DNA of 64,000 nucleotides, taken from positions 18,480 to 82,479 of the forward strand of contig JBJTMU010000010.1 of the NCBI GenBank assembly GCA_046070685.1, in the 5' to 3' direction. Both the position numbers and the translations under genes were made by a program. The notes beneath the pieces were generated by a model. That model ran no database searches, was not told the origin of the DNA, and saw nothing but the letters and a program-made list of their open reading frames with translations. Of this stretch, positions 1-9,283 are shown piece by piece (the stretch's first letter is position 1; every line of letters starts with the position of its first letter). This DNA is from Flavobacteriales bacterium. GTDB lineage: Bacteria > Bacteroidota > Bacteroidia > Flavobacteriales_D > Crocinitomicaceae.

Positions 1-91
1 TCGGCGTCATATCTACTCGCGTGGAGCTTTTCTTTGCTCTTTTTTTACCTTTGCCGTGGCCTCCGCCACCGCTTTCTGCGATTTCTGCCAT
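1..91 (-). CDS. exbD: ExbD/TolR-family protein, N-terminal fragment (gene runs off the left edge)
   Basis: A reverse-strand ATG at 89-91 opens MAEIAESGGGGHGKGKKRAKKSSTRVDMTP. This is a basic tail followed by the DMTP motif that also starts the TM segment of the neighbouring ExbD (SIDMTPMVDL). It lies 6 nt after the stop of ORF 98-766. It is absent from the ORF track because it is truncated. Confidence 0.6.
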   Translation of the reverse strand, partial: MAEIAESGGGGHGKGKKRAKKSSTRVDMTP

Positions 92-97
92 GTTCGA

Positions 98-766
98 TTA
101 ATTAATCGGAACTAATTCCGACGAGGTTATGAAATTCAAGTTATTGAGATTTAAATCTCTAAAAACATTGATCACTTCTTCCGCCTTTTTGTATACAGCT
201 TTTGAGTCTACACGAAGAATATACTTTGGTTTAAAATCATCAGCAACTGGATTTTCACCATTTAATTTCGCTTCTTCAAATGCTGTTTTCGCACTGTTTA
301 AAGCGGCTGTTGCTGCATAACCAAGCCAATCATGTAATTCGTTATTTTCTGTTGAATCCACTTGTATACCTTTGGTTTGGAAGGTAATGCGGTCATCCGC
401 ACCTGTATCAATGTAAGAAGGTAATTCTTGCATGGTACAACCAAATGTTGACATGAACGCGAACTTATTGATTTGTTCATCATTAAGTTTCAATTTATAC
501 TTACCAAGCATGTTCGTAAGCATTTCACGTCTCGCTCCTTCTCCAGACAAGTTAAAGAACACTCGCCCATCTTGGTCAATCGTCACCATCACAACGTTTT
601 CAGGGATAAATTTATCACTGATACTTGATGGCGTGTTTACCGTTACGGGTTCACTTGCGCGGAAAGAAGCTGCCAACATAAAGAATGTCACAAGCAAGAA
701 CGCCAAGTCCACCATAGGCGTCATGTCTATGGACGGGGAACTTTTGGGTATTTTAATTTTTGGCAT
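98..766 (-). CDS. exbD: ExbD/TolR biopolymer transport protein (long form, 222 aa)
   Basis: N-terminus PSIDMTPMVDLAFLLVTFFML is the ExbD signature with a single TM. It lies directly downstream of a MotA/ExbB gene. Confidence 0.85.
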   Translation of the reverse strand: MPKIKIPKSSPSIDMTPMVDLAFLLVTFFMLAASFRASEPVTVNTPSSISDKFIPENVVMVTIDQDGRVFFNLSGEGARREMLTNMLGKYKLKLNDEQINKFAFMSTFGCTMQELPSYIDTGADDRITFQTKGIQVDSTENNELHDWLGYAATAALNSAKTAFEEAKLNGENPVADDFKPKYILRVDSKAVYKKAEEVINVFRDLNLNNLNFITSSELVPIN

Positions 767-795
767 TGCTTGTTAATTTAATGTTGGATCAACAA

Positions 796-1599
796 TTAGT
801 TTGATGCAGAGAAATCTTGAACAATCGTGAAGCTAGCCTCGTCGATGCTATAAGTCATAGTATCGATCTTCGTAGAGAAGAAGTTATACAAGATGATCGC
901 TAATGTAGAAGCGGTAATACCGAATGCAGTGTTGATCAAGGCTTCAGAGATACCCGTTGCTAACGCTGCTGTATCTGGCGAACCTTTTGACATCGCAGCA
1001 AATGAACGAATCATCCCGAGTACCGTTCCAATCAAACCGATCAAGGTTGCGATAGATGCGCTTGTAGAAAGAACCGCTAAGTTTTTAGATAACATCGGTA
1101 ATTCTAATGCAGTAGCTTCTTCTAATTCTTTTTTCAAAGACTCCAATTTTTGCTCTTTCGTTAGCGAGTTATCTCCGTTCATGTGGTCATATTTCTCCAA
1201 TCCAGCACGAACAACATTCGCTAAAGATCCTTTTTGCTTGTCGCACTGAGCGATAGCAGCTTTGAAATCTTTTTTCTCCATGTGCCCTTTGATAGACGCG
1301 ATAAATTTGTCTGTATTTCCTTTACCATTCGCTAATAATAGAGTTACCAAACGCTCAATAGAGAAAATGATAATAATTAAGTTTACGGCAACCAAGATAG
1401 GTACGATGAATCCACCTTTGTAAATTACCCCGTAAAGGTTACCTTCCATAGGCTCTCCTTTCGGATCGTGGTCAACGAAGTTGTTGGGATCTCCAAAAAC
1501 TTTACTGTAAATCAAAGCTCCTGCAACTAGTGCAATAGCAATTGCGAGAAACGAAACGATTGCTGAAAATCCTCCGGCCGTCTTTTTGTTTTTGTTCAT
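796..1599 (-). CDS. exbB: MotA/TolQ/ExbB proton-channel protein
   Basis: 267 aa with three TM segments. The C-terminal half (SASIATLIGLIGTVLGMIRSF ... EALINTAFGI) is typical of ExbB/TolQ. Two exbD genes follow it. Confidence 0.9.
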   Translation of the reverse strand: MNKNKKTAGGFSAIVSFLAIAIALVAGALIYSKVFGDPNNFVDHDPKGEPMEGNLYGVIYKGGFIVPILVAVNLIIIIFSIERLVTLLLANGKGNTDKFIASIKGHMEKKDFKAAIAQCDKQKGSLANVVRAGLEKYDHMNGDNSLTKEQKLESLKKELEEATALELPMLSKNLAVLSTSASIATLIGLIGTVLGMIRSFAAMSKGSPDTAALATGISEALINTAFGITASTLAIILYNFFSTKIDTMTYSIDEASFTIVQDFSASN

Positions 1600-1643
1600 G
1601 ATAAATAGATTTTAGTGTTTCTAATTTTAAATTTTTCGAATGC

Positions 1644-1651
1644 CAAATATA
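1644..1651 (-). promoter_or_regulatory. Candidate Bacteroidota -7 promoter box TATATTTG for exbB
   Basis: The plus strand reads CAAATATA, so the minus strand reads TATATTTG, an exact match to TAnnTTTG. It sits 44 nt upstream of the exbB ATG. No clear -33 TTG was seen. Confidence 0.35.
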
Positions 1652-1833
1652 TAAAACTTTTATTAGTTCCTAAACTATACATTTCACAGAAAGTTCAGTT
1701 AAATCAACATTTTTATGGTTTTATCCTTCAGAATACATCAATTACGATGCAAATACGCAAAGATTTCACAAATCTAACCATGAAAACTTAACATATCCTT
1801 AATGTAAATTAGATTGATCGGAAAGCGGATAAA

Positions 1834-1866
1834 CAAAAAAAGCTCTGTGAAAACAGAGCTTTTTTC
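1834..1866 (-). terminator. Intrinsic terminator downstream of tRNA-Cys (A-tract and T-tract, possibly bidirectional)
   Basis: Hairpin AGCTCTG-TGAAAA-CAGAGCT at 1841-1860, flanked by an A run on the left and a T run on the right. Confidence 0.6.
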
Positions 1867-1869
1867 TAG

Positions 1870-1940
1870 AGGTCTCAAGCAGATTCGAACTGCTGTAGAC
1901 GGTTTTGCAGACCGGTGCCTAACCGCTCGGCCATGAGACC
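1870..1940 (-). tRNA. tRNA-Cys (anticodon GCA), 71 nt, CCA not encoded
   Basis: Hand-folded reverse complement GGTCTCA TG GCC..GGC .. CCGGT CTGCAAA ACCG .. AGCAG TTCGAAT CTGCT TGAGACC T. The acceptor stem has 7 bp and the T-stem 5 bp with a TTCGAAT loop. The anticodon loop is CU-GCA-AA and the discriminator is U73, the known Cys identity element. Confidence 0.92.
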
Positions 1941-2047
1941 ATCAGGGTTGCAAAAATATAAAAATTCTATGAAATCAGACAAATTAAATGCGAATGAACT
2001 GAATTATTTGTCTATCATTCTAATTATTTACTAATTACACTAGGTTT

Positions 2048-3346
2048 TTAATGCTGTATAATCAGTTGTTTCATTCGCTTCACTCCATTACTTAAATCTA
2101 TCGAAACGAAATATGATCCATTCGGTAGATCTGATAAATCGATCAAGCCATCGGAATTAATTCTCATGTTATCGCGTATTTTCCCGGTTAAATCAATGAT
2201 TTGTATTTCTTCAACTTCGGCACCCTCAGCTTGAATGTGAATCATTCCGTTGCTCGGATTTGGAAAAATGGCTACCTGATTTGTTTCTTCCGCTAATCCA
2301 GAAGTTGAACATACTTCATTCACCGGACTTCCATCGCAATAACTTGTTGGGTAGAGAATGGCTGCTTGCATCGGATTGTTTGCAGGTTGAAGTGCTGTTT
2401 CAGTACATCCCATTTGCTTCACTAAAAAATCCCGCACAAATCGAATGGTTGTGTCCATATAGGATGCATTTGATAAATACGGAACATGTGGAGCTCCTGG
2501 AAAGGTATAAAATTGATTTTCGACTCCCACAGCACAAGCGCGTTCATGTAACATGCGACTTCCATCTAAGTACATGAGGGGTGTTCCGGGATTTACCATT
2601 CCTCGATTGTATTTAACTGTGCCATCTGATGTTCCATGAAACGAACACAACGGAATATCTCCTGCTTGTAACCAACTATAGCGAGCCAAGGCGCCACATC
2701 CATTGATCACGGCGTGAACTTTTGTAGAATATCCGGGATTTCCACTATTTCCTTCTAGTCCGCCTAGGGTTTGCATGGCACTTGCGTTCAAATAATCAGA
2801 GATTTCACATGCATCATTTAAATAGGCAACATGTAATGCCGTGATGGCACCCGCAGAACTTCCGCCAATAAAAATATGATTGGTGTCCACTTTAAATTGA
2901 TTAGCGGTTTGGCAATCCTTATAGAAAAAGCGTATTGCTCCTTTCAAATCCTGTACAGCTCGAACAACTGCTTTAACGGCATTCGCTGAATCAAAAGGAA
3001 AGAAGCCTAATCGGTAATCGATGCTTGCGCAGACATATCCTTTTTTTGCAAAACTTTCTGACCATGTTTTTACGTCGTTGTCCGTTTTAGATCCGCCAAT
3101 AAAACTTCCTCCATGAACCCAAATGATTAATGGTCGAGCGAGTTGCGTATCTCCAGTTGGTTCATAAAAATCTAGTTTCAATTGACTACTAGATCCACTC
3201 CATGTGTTGTTTTGTCCATACACAATATCGCTAGTCAAGTTGAAATTGGTAAATACATCCGTTGCATACCGTCCACCATCACAAGGAGATTGAGCAAAAC
3301 TTTTCAGGCTGATGAGCAAGGTAAAAATGAGCGTAATTTTTTTCAT
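2048..3346 (-). CDS. Secreted alpha/beta-hydrolase (carboxylesterase/lipase type) with T9SS C-terminal sorting domain
   Basis: Signal peptide, oxyanion motif VHGGSFIGG and nucleophile elbow GGSSAG (GxSxG). The C-terminal ~75 aa (FPNPSNGMIHIQ...GSYFVSI...LIIQH) form a type-A T9SS CTD. Confidence 0.8.
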   Translation of the reverse strand: MKKITLIFTLLISLKSFAQSPCDGGRYATDVFTNFNLTSDIVYGQNNTWSGSSSQLKLDFYEPTGDTQLARPLIIWVHGGSFIGGSKTDNDVKTWSESFAKKGYVCASIDYRLGFFPFDSANAVKAVVRAVQDLKGAIRFFYKDCQTANQFKVDTNHIFIGGSSAGAITALHVAYLNDACEISDYLNASAMQTLGGLEGNSGNPGYSTKVHAVINGCGALARYSWLQAGDIPLCSFHGTSDGTVKYNRGMVNPGTPLMYLDGSRMLHERACAVGVENQFYTFPGAPHVPYLSNASYMDTTIRFVRDFLVKQMGCTETALQPANNPMQAAILYPTSYCDGSPVNEVCSTSGLAEETNQVAIFPNPSNGMIHIQAEGAEVEEIQIIDLTGKIRDNMRINSDGLIDLSDLPNGSYFVSIDLSNGVKRMKQLIIQH

Positions 3347-3357
3347 AATTGATGGGT

Positions 3358-4674
3358 TTAAGGGAAGCGAATGCCATCGAAAGAATTGGCATCCACTTGG
3401 GGAATAGAAGAATGATAGTATTGGTTTATTGATTTGATAAATACATTAGCGAAAAGGGCGTTTCCACGTGGGTTTAGATAGATGCCATCTAACGAATACG
3501 CTCCTCCAGAAACAAATTTTGCGCTCAAACTTACACCATTGTATGTAAAGCCATCCGCTAATTGTGAAACGAATTGATCTGTTTCAACGAGTGCCAAATG
3601 ATATGTTTGAGCCAGTAGAAGAATGAATTGATTATACGCCTGAATTTTACTACGTAATTCGTGGAGTTCCCCGGCATCCAATACAAACTCATCGCGAATG
3701 GGAAACAACACGCCCATTTGATGACATTTAACAGAATCCAAAGGTAAATTTAACAGCAAAAGTTCATCGGACTGAATTTGACGAACAGCAAACATATTTG
3801 CTGTGGAATCGACCATCATGAAGGGATTTGCTCCAACTTCAAAATAATAGCCTAATGGATTGTAAATGTTATTCAACGTCAACGCGTTTGATTGATCGAG
3901 TGAAAGTCCATTCCAAGGAATCGTAGTGAAATATGGAAATTGACTCACATCCGGAATGGTCGCTAAAACGCCTTTTGCTCCGTTTTCCGTTAAATTTTGG
4001 ACAATTTGCGCATAGTTTTGTTGGAAGGTCAAATCTGAAGGAAGCGTTTCATGTGTACCTCCTGATTTGGCGAAATCTAAGACATCTTCCAAACCAATAT
4101 ACAATTGGAAAAACGTAGCATGTTGTCCAATGAGTTCATCGAGTAAACTAATTGTTTGTGAGGAACACATGCGTTGATAGAACGGATTCGTTGCGGCAAG
4201 ATTTGTTTGTGTAACTTGCGTTAATTTCAATCCGGGAATGCCAAAATTAGTAAAAGGCAAGGTTGAATTGTAGCAGGATTGACTCAAACTACTAGCGTCT
4301 CCCAAAGATGCAACACGAACAGGTGCTAAAGAACTTATTCCTTTGCAATCTGTGTGAAAAGCCAATTTGAAGGGAGCAAGTCCAGAAGTACTGATACCAA
4401 TAGACGAAGCACTCATCCAAGGCGAAACAGCAACTTTACCACCAACGGTCAAAAATTGATTTGATAGTATAGTTGCCAACGAATTCAGTTGTCCGTCGTA
4501 ATACAATCCATCGTTCATATAACCTGCCATTTGACCATCACCAATAAAAATCACTCGAGATAAGTCTAAATCTCCTTTTGAAGGTGCGGGTTCGGAAACG
4601 TTTGGTTTACAAGCCAAAAAAGCGAGACTCAGGAAAAGCAGATATAGTGGGTAGTAAACTTTTTTCATCACCAT
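3358..4674 (-). CDS. SGNH/GDSL-fold lipoprotein, probably non-catalytic
   Basis: Lipobox LAFLAC. Block I reads FIGDGQMAG (canonical GDS) and block V reads LDGIYLNPRGNALFA (canonical DGxHP). The start overlaps the stop of the upstream FadL-like gene (ATGGTGATG). Confidence 0.6.
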   Translation of the reverse strand: MVMKKVYYPLYLLFLSLAFLACKPNVSEPAPSKGDLDLSRVIFIGDGQMAGYMNDGLYYDGQLNSLATILSNQFLTVGGKVAVSPWMSASSIGISTSGLAPFKLAFHTDCKGISSLAPVRVASLGDASSLSQSCYNSTLPFTNFGIPGLKLTQVTQTNLAATNPFYQRMCSSQTISLLDELIGQHATFFQLYIGLEDVLDFAKSGGTHETLPSDLTFQQNYAQIVQNLTENGAKGVLATIPDVSQFPYFTTIPWNGLSLDQSNALTLNNIYNPLGYYFEVGANPFMMVDSTANMFAVRQIQSDELLLLNLPLDSVKCHQMGVLFPIRDEFVLDAGELHELRSKIQAYNQFILLLAQTYHLALVETDQFVSQLADGFTYNGVSLSAKFVSGGAYSLDGIYLNPRGNALFANVFIKSINQYYHSSIPQVDANSFDGIRFP

Positions 4675-5903
4675 TTGTAGTTTAATGAAATCCCAGGAGC
4701 AAGCGCAATCGTCGTAAATGTTCCATTGAGTTGTGACTCGTTGTTTTTATCTGTTCGACTCATTCGAGTGGCGTAAAAAGAGGCATCCATCGAAAAGTGT
4801 TGGTTGCAACGATAACTGAGTCCACATGTTCCATATAATCGATTTGCATCTGGTGTTTCCGGCGTGACAAAACCAGAAGGAACGGGTGAAAAACCAAATC
4901 CACTTCCGATTCGAACGATCCATTTTTCGTTAGCTGTGTAAGACAGTCCACCGCGAAAAGCAAAGATACTATGGTAATTTCGGGCTGATTTTGTGTCTAA
5001 AAGGGAGCTTGTATTCAATGCATAATCAAATGCCAATGTATCATATACTTTCCAATTCACATGATTGATATCCAAGACGAACTGCCATTTTTTGTTCATT
5101 GAATAATTGAAACCAATGGTCATCACGCGAGGTAGTGGCAATTGACTGGTAAAAGAGCCATTGGGAAAATTTGCATTTAAGGCTTGGGGAACCGAGAAAG
5201 ATGCCATTCCGTTTTTTACGGACATCGACACCTTCGATCGATAATTAAAACCAATCGACAAGGCATGATTGACATGAATAAGAACGCCAGCATTATAGCC
5301 AAATCCAAGTGCCTTTCCAGATAATTCTGCGTGACCATAATTTCCAAGACTATCTTGTACAGGAATATCCTTTTGCAAATTTACTTGACCGTCGCTTAAT
5401 ACAAACCCAGCGCCAATTCCAATGCGTTCATTGATGCGATAAGAAAATGTGGGTTGAAAGAAAATGGCTTTCAATGAAAGGCGGGTAAGTGCAAAACGCC
5501 CAATCCAATTTGGTTCCCATTGAACAGTACTTCCGAAAGGTGTGTATATGGCCATGCCAACGCTCAATGGTTCGAGTGCCTGTTTAAAATGATATAATCC
5601 GTATGCTGAAAATGGTGTTCCCACGGGATTTTGTGTGCGATAACTTTTTTGAGTTGCCGAATCCGTGTACAATACATTGGCAAAAATGGGTGTTCCGGCA
5701 AGGTTTATCTCGGATTGATTGGCAAAAGCACTGGCTCCGGGATTAAAAAAGAGGCTTGAAGCATCCATATTGGCAGCCATTCCGGCACAACCCATGCCTT
5801 GCTGTTTTTGTCCTTGAAAATTCACTTGAAATCCTTGTCCAAACGACAAAGAAGTGAGGAAAACGATCAAGAATACAGAAAAATGTTGCAATAAAGATTT
5901 CAC
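4668..5903 (-). CDS. FadL/OmpP1/TodX-family outer-membrane hydrophobic-compound channel
   Basis: About 410 aa of beta-barrel sequence ending in aromatic LNYKW, with alternating-hydrophobic strands. I place the start at GTG 5901-5903, which gives MKSLLQHFSVFLIVFLTSLSFGQ. A promoter box lies inside the longer track ORF (to 5975), and that extension overlaps the divergent gene. Confidence 0.8.
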   Translation of the reverse strand: MKSLLQHFSVFLIVFLTSLSFGQGFQVNFQGQKQQGMGCAGMAANMDASSLFFNPGASAFANQSEINLAGTPIFANVLYTDSATQKSYRTQNPVGTPFSAYGLYHFKQALEPLSVGMAIYTPFGSTVQWEPNWIGRFALTRLSLKAIFFQPTFSYRINERIGIGAGFVLSDGQVNLQKDIPVQDSLGNYGHAELSGKALGFGYNAGVLIHVNHALSIGFNYRSKVSMSVKNGMASFSVPQALNANFPNGSFTSQLPLPRVMTIGFNYSMNKKWQFVLDINHVNWKVYDTLAFDYALNTSSLLDTKSARNYHSIFAFRGGLSYTANEKWIVRIGSGFGFSPVPSGFVTPETPDANRLYGTCGLSYRCNQHFSMDASFYATRMSRTDKNNESQLNGTFTTIALAPGISLNYKW

Positions 5904-5923
5904 AGGTTTCGCTTGGGTTTGAC

Positions 5924-5931
5924 CAAATATA
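5924..5931 (-). promoter_or_regulatory. Candidate -7 box TATATTTG for the FadL-like operon
   Basis: Plus-strand CAAATATA is an exact TAnnTTTG on the minus strand, 20 nt upstream of the GTG at 5903. A near-consensus TAAATTTA on the plus strand (5933-5940) may serve the divergent gene. Confidence 0.4.
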
Positions 5932-5966
5932 TTAAATTTAGTCGAACAAACCTTAAATGCTTCCAA

Positions 5967-6848
5967 ATGAAACAACTGACATTTATTTTCTTTTTTAGTT
6001 TACTTTTTCAGTCTGTCGAAACCTTTGCCCAAGATAAACCGGCTTACGTCATTTACACGGCGACAGGTAAAAAAACCACCTTTAATAAATTAGTGGAAGC
6101 GACGGAAGCGAAAGACCTTGTCTTATTTGGAGAGTTTCATGATAACCCAATTTCTCATTGGCTTCAATTGGAACTAAGCAAAGAAATGCACGAAGAATTG
6201 GGGCCCAAATTGGAATTAGGATTTGAAATGTTTGAACAAGATCAACAGGAATTAGTTTCTAAATATGTGCGTGGTGAATTGACTGAAAAGCAATGGAAGG
6301 ATTCACTTCGTTTGTGGCCGAATTATGAAACAGATTATGCTCCATTGATCGAATTCGCGAAAAAAAATCAATTGTATTGCATTGCATCGAATGTGCAGCG
6401 TAAATACGCTTCCTTATTATTTAAAAAGGGGAGAGCGGCACTTGATACTTTGAGTCCAACGATAAAAGCACAAATGGCACCGATCCAATTTATTGTTGAT
6501 ACAACTTTATCACAATACAAAGAAGTATTTGCTATGGGCGGACACATGGGGGCGAATATGGGGATGAATATGGTTGAATCACAAGCGTTCAAAGATGCAA
6601 CCATGGCGCAATTTATCTTAGCGAACCCCGGACGAAAAGAAGGAACAGTTGTACTTCATTTTAATGGCGCCTTTCACTCGGATTTTCATCAGGGAATCCT
6701 TTGGTACGTGCAACAAAAGCAACCAAATATTCGTGTCATAACTATATCAACCGTGACTCAAGAAGATATCAATAAATTAGACAAGGAACATTATGGACGG
6801 GCAGACTTTATCATTTGTGTGCCTGAATCAATGACCAGAACGCATTAA
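5967..6848 (+). CDS. ChaN-family (haem-binding-uptake/Tiki-like) exported protein
   Basis: Signal peptide MKQLTFIFFFSLLFQSVETFAQ and motif LFGEFHDNPISHW, typical of the ChaN family. The start is taken at ATG 5967 rather than the track start at 5913. Confidence 0.65.
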   Translation: MKQLTFIFFFSLLFQSVETFAQDKPAYVIYTATGKKTTFNKLVEATEAKDLVLFGEFHDNPISHWLQLELSKEMHEELGPKLELGFEMFEQDQQELVSKYVRGELTEKQWKDSLRLWPNYETDYAPLIEFAKKNQLYCIASNVQRKYASLLFKKGRAALDTLSPTIKAQMAPIQFIVDTTLSQYKEVFAMGGHMGANMGMNMVESQAFKDATMAQFILANPGRKEGTVVLHFNGAFHSDFHQGILWYVQQKQPNIRVITISTVTQEDINKLDKEHYGRADFIICVPESMTRTH

Positions 6849-8167
6849 TTTTTCGTTGGAATGGAGGTTACTTTCGAGGTGAAGCTCCCTTGAATGGTTT
6901 CCGTTTCGATGTCCATGTCCGGCTCAATAAGGCTTTGATCAGTAATGATTTTTCCATTGATTCGGGTAATACTGTATCCTCGTTTCAACACGTGGATAGG
7001 ATCCAAGAATTTCACTTTCTCTTCGAGTTGAAATATATTTCTTGTTTCTTTTTCCAACAAGAATTGAACATGAGGCTTTATGCGAATGGCATGATTTTCA
7101 ATGCGCTGTTGCCGCTTTGTCAGTTCGCTGTTGGTTTGATGCCGAACGAGGTGTTGTAAGGATAACACGCGCTCCTTTGATACTTGTACTCTTCTTTGAA
7201 CGCCTTGTTGCAAGCGATTCGCCATGGTGATTAGGCCTTGTTTTCTGTTGGATAACATGCGTTCACAATCGATATACAATTGTTGGGCAAAGGAATTGAT
7301 TTCTAAGTCGAATTCACGAAATGTCAATATGAGAAATTCAGCAAGTTTCGTTGGCGTAATGGCATTTCTGAAGGAGATCATTTCTGCTACCGTGAGATTT
7401 GTGGAGTGTCCGATACCGGTTAACACGGGGATAGGGAAGGAGGCAATGGACTGACATAAATCAAAATGATTGTAACAGGTCATACCAACTTCAGCGCCGC
7501 CGCCACGAACAATCACCACCACATCAAAAAGGTCAATTTGTTGTTTAATTTTCCCAAGGGCTTGTTGTATGGATTGAACGGCAAGATCACCCTGAACGTA
7601 GGCTTCGAATAAAGTCGTTTCAAAATAATAGTGATATGGATTTTCGTTCAACACTTGATAAAAGTCGGAAAGTCCTTTACTTGCATCACCTGAAATCACG
7701 GCAATTCGTTTCGGTAAAAGTGGAAAAGTTCTTTGCTGATTGGCATTGATTAGGTTTAATTTCTCCAATTTTCGCAAGGTCTCCTCTCGTTCTTTTTGTA
7801 ATTCCCCCAAGGAGTAGGAGGGATCAATATCCAATATTTGCAGGGTCAATCCGAAGCTTGGATGAAACTGAATTTTGACTTGAAGCAAGAGTGTTTTTCC
7901 GTCCTGAAGTGGCTCTTTTACAACGCGAATAAAGGCATCGTTGATTCGTTCAAGTTGTTGTTTCCAAATGGTCCCGGTGATCTGTGCGACTATTTTTCCT
8001 TCTTCTTTTTGCACAAGTTCAGGAAAAGCATGTCCACTTGGATAGCGATTCATTTTGTGCATTTCTGCCTTCACCCAATACGTACTTGTATACCGTTCTT
8101 CAATGGTTTTTTGAATGGATTGAACCACTTGTTTCAATGAAAAAACGTGTTTATCTTCGGTACTCAT
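6845..8167 (-). CDS. xseA: Exodeoxyribonuclease VII large subunit
   Basis: N-terminal OB-fold region, VVIVRGGGAEVGMTCYNHFDL and VLTGIGHSTNLTVAEM motifs, long C-terminal coiled coil. Confidence 0.9.
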   Translation of the reverse strand: MSTEDKHVFSLKQVVQSIQKTIEERYTSTYWVKAEMHKMNRYPSGHAFPELVQKEEGKIVAQITGTIWKQQLERINDAFIRVVKEPLQDGKTLLLQVKIQFHPSFGLTLQILDIDPSYSLGELQKEREETLRKLEKLNLINANQQRTFPLLPKRIAVISGDASKGLSDFYQVLNENPYHYYFETTLFEAYVQGDLAVQSIQQALGKIKQQIDLFDVVVIVRGGGAEVGMTCYNHFDLCQSIASFPIPVLTGIGHSTNLTVAEMISFRNAITPTKLAEFLILTFREFDLEINSFAQQLYIDCERMLSNRKQGLITMANRLQQGVQRRVQVSKERVLSLQHLVRHQTNSELTKRQQRIENHAIRIKPHVQFLLEKETRNIFQLEEKVKFLDPIHVLKRGYSITRINGKIITDQSLIEPDMDIETETIQGSFTSKVTSIPTKN

Positions 8168-8209
8168 GTGTGAATTTCTGAAAATAAAGATAGCTAAAAA
8201 ATGGCAGCC

Positions 8210-9283
8210 TTATTTTAACGGAATCCCTCTGGAGCTAACTGGACCTGCATTTTTGCTTTTTTCAAGTGTCATAACGAAACTGGTTCCAACTCCGACTTGA
8301 CTTTTAACTTGAATTGTTTGTCCATGCGATTCGATGATGTGTTTGGCAATCGCAAGACCTAAACCTGAACCACCTTCATTTCGATTTCTACTTTTTTCAA
8401 CTCGATAGAAACGCTCGAATAAGCGCGAAAGGTGATGAGGCTCAATACCGGGTCCGTTGTCTTTGAATTCAACCAAGAATCGATCATCCATATCTAGAAG
8501 AGAAACGGTTAAGGTCCCGTTATCTTTTCCGTAAGAAATGGCATTAGAGATTAAATTCGTGAAAACTTGTCCCAATTTGGTTCGATCTGCCTGAACATAT
8601 TTCGGTGAATATACTTTTTCGAAAATAACGTGGTAATTTTTTTCTTTGGCGATTAACTCAAAGGTTTCAAAGGATTCTTTTAATAACTCCACCACGTCAA
8701 ATGAACGAATTTCAAGACGTAGGTTTTCCGTTTCCATTCGAGTAATTTGATCGAGGTCATCCAGAATAGCTGAAATTCGATCGGTAGATTTGGATGCTCT
8801 TTCAAGAAAAGCACGATTGACACTTGGATCTTCGAGTCCTCCGTCTAACAAGGTTAAAAGATATCCTTGAATAGAAAATACAGGGGTTTTTAATTCGTGA
8901 GCAAGGTTACCGAGAAACTCCTTGCGAAAAGCAGCTTGTTCTTTTAATTTCGAAATTTCAATGTTGCTATTTTCCTTCCATTCAGATACTTCTTTTTCGG
9001 CATGTTCCATTAATGAATCAATGGATTTGGAAAAGGTGGTGTTCTCTGGCTGATTGATTTGAATGGAACGATAAATAAAGGATAGTCGATATTGAATGAA
9101 TCCTTTCAAGAGAAAGTAAAAAACCAGGTAAGAACAAATTCCAGAAACGACTGGAATGGCAACAACTAATTTCATACTCATTTCAACTAAACTGAAATGA
9201 ACAATGAGTGTCATCAGAAAGCTAATCAGCATAAAAGCGATGCTTCCATAAAGAATTAAAATACTTGGTCTCGCCGTTTTCAT
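8210..9283 (-). CDS. Sensor histidine kinase (two adjacent TM helices, no periplasmic domain)
   Basis: HisKA H-box FLGNLAHELKTPV. HATPase N, G1 and G2 boxes (NLISNAISYG, DNGPGI, GGSGLGLAI). Overlaps the upstream response regulator gene by 4 nt. Confidence 0.9.
   Translation of the reverse strand: MKTARPSILILYGSIAFMLISFLMTLIVHFSLVEMSMKLVVAIPVVSGICSYLVFYFLLKGFIQYRLSFIYRSIQINQPENTTFSKSIDSLMEHAEKEVSEWKENSNIEISKLKEQAAFRKEFLGNLAHELKTPVFSIQGYLLTLLDGGLEDPSVNRAFLERASKSTDRISAILDDLDQITRMETENLRLEIRSFDVVELLKESFETFELIAKEKNYHVIFEKVYSPKYVQADRTKLGQVFTNLISNAISYGKDNGTLTVSLLDMDDRFLVEFKDNGPGIEPHHLSRLFERFYRVEKSRNRNEGGSGLGLAIAKHIIESHGQTIQVKSQVGVGTSFVMTLEKSKNAGPVSSRGIPLK

Noticed and set aside
1600-2047. tRNA-Cys locus considered as an integration hot spot or genomic-island boundary.
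   Set aside because: There is no integrase, no direct repeat of the tRNA 3' end that I could see nearby, and the flanking genes are ordinary envelope genes.
5904-5975. N-terminal extension of the FadL-like ORF (MFHLEAFKVCSTKFNIFGQTQAKP...) and the matching extension of the divergent ChaN-like ORF from 5913.
   Set aside because: The two extensions overlap each other. Neither adds a signal peptide, and a promoter box lies inside them. The shorter starts (GTG 5903, ATG 5967) each give a textbook signal peptide.
6845-6848. The convergent ChaN-like and xseA genes share overlapping stop codons within TTAA.
   Set aside because: It is real in the sequence but is a common consequence of compact genomes, and no functional inference is warranted.
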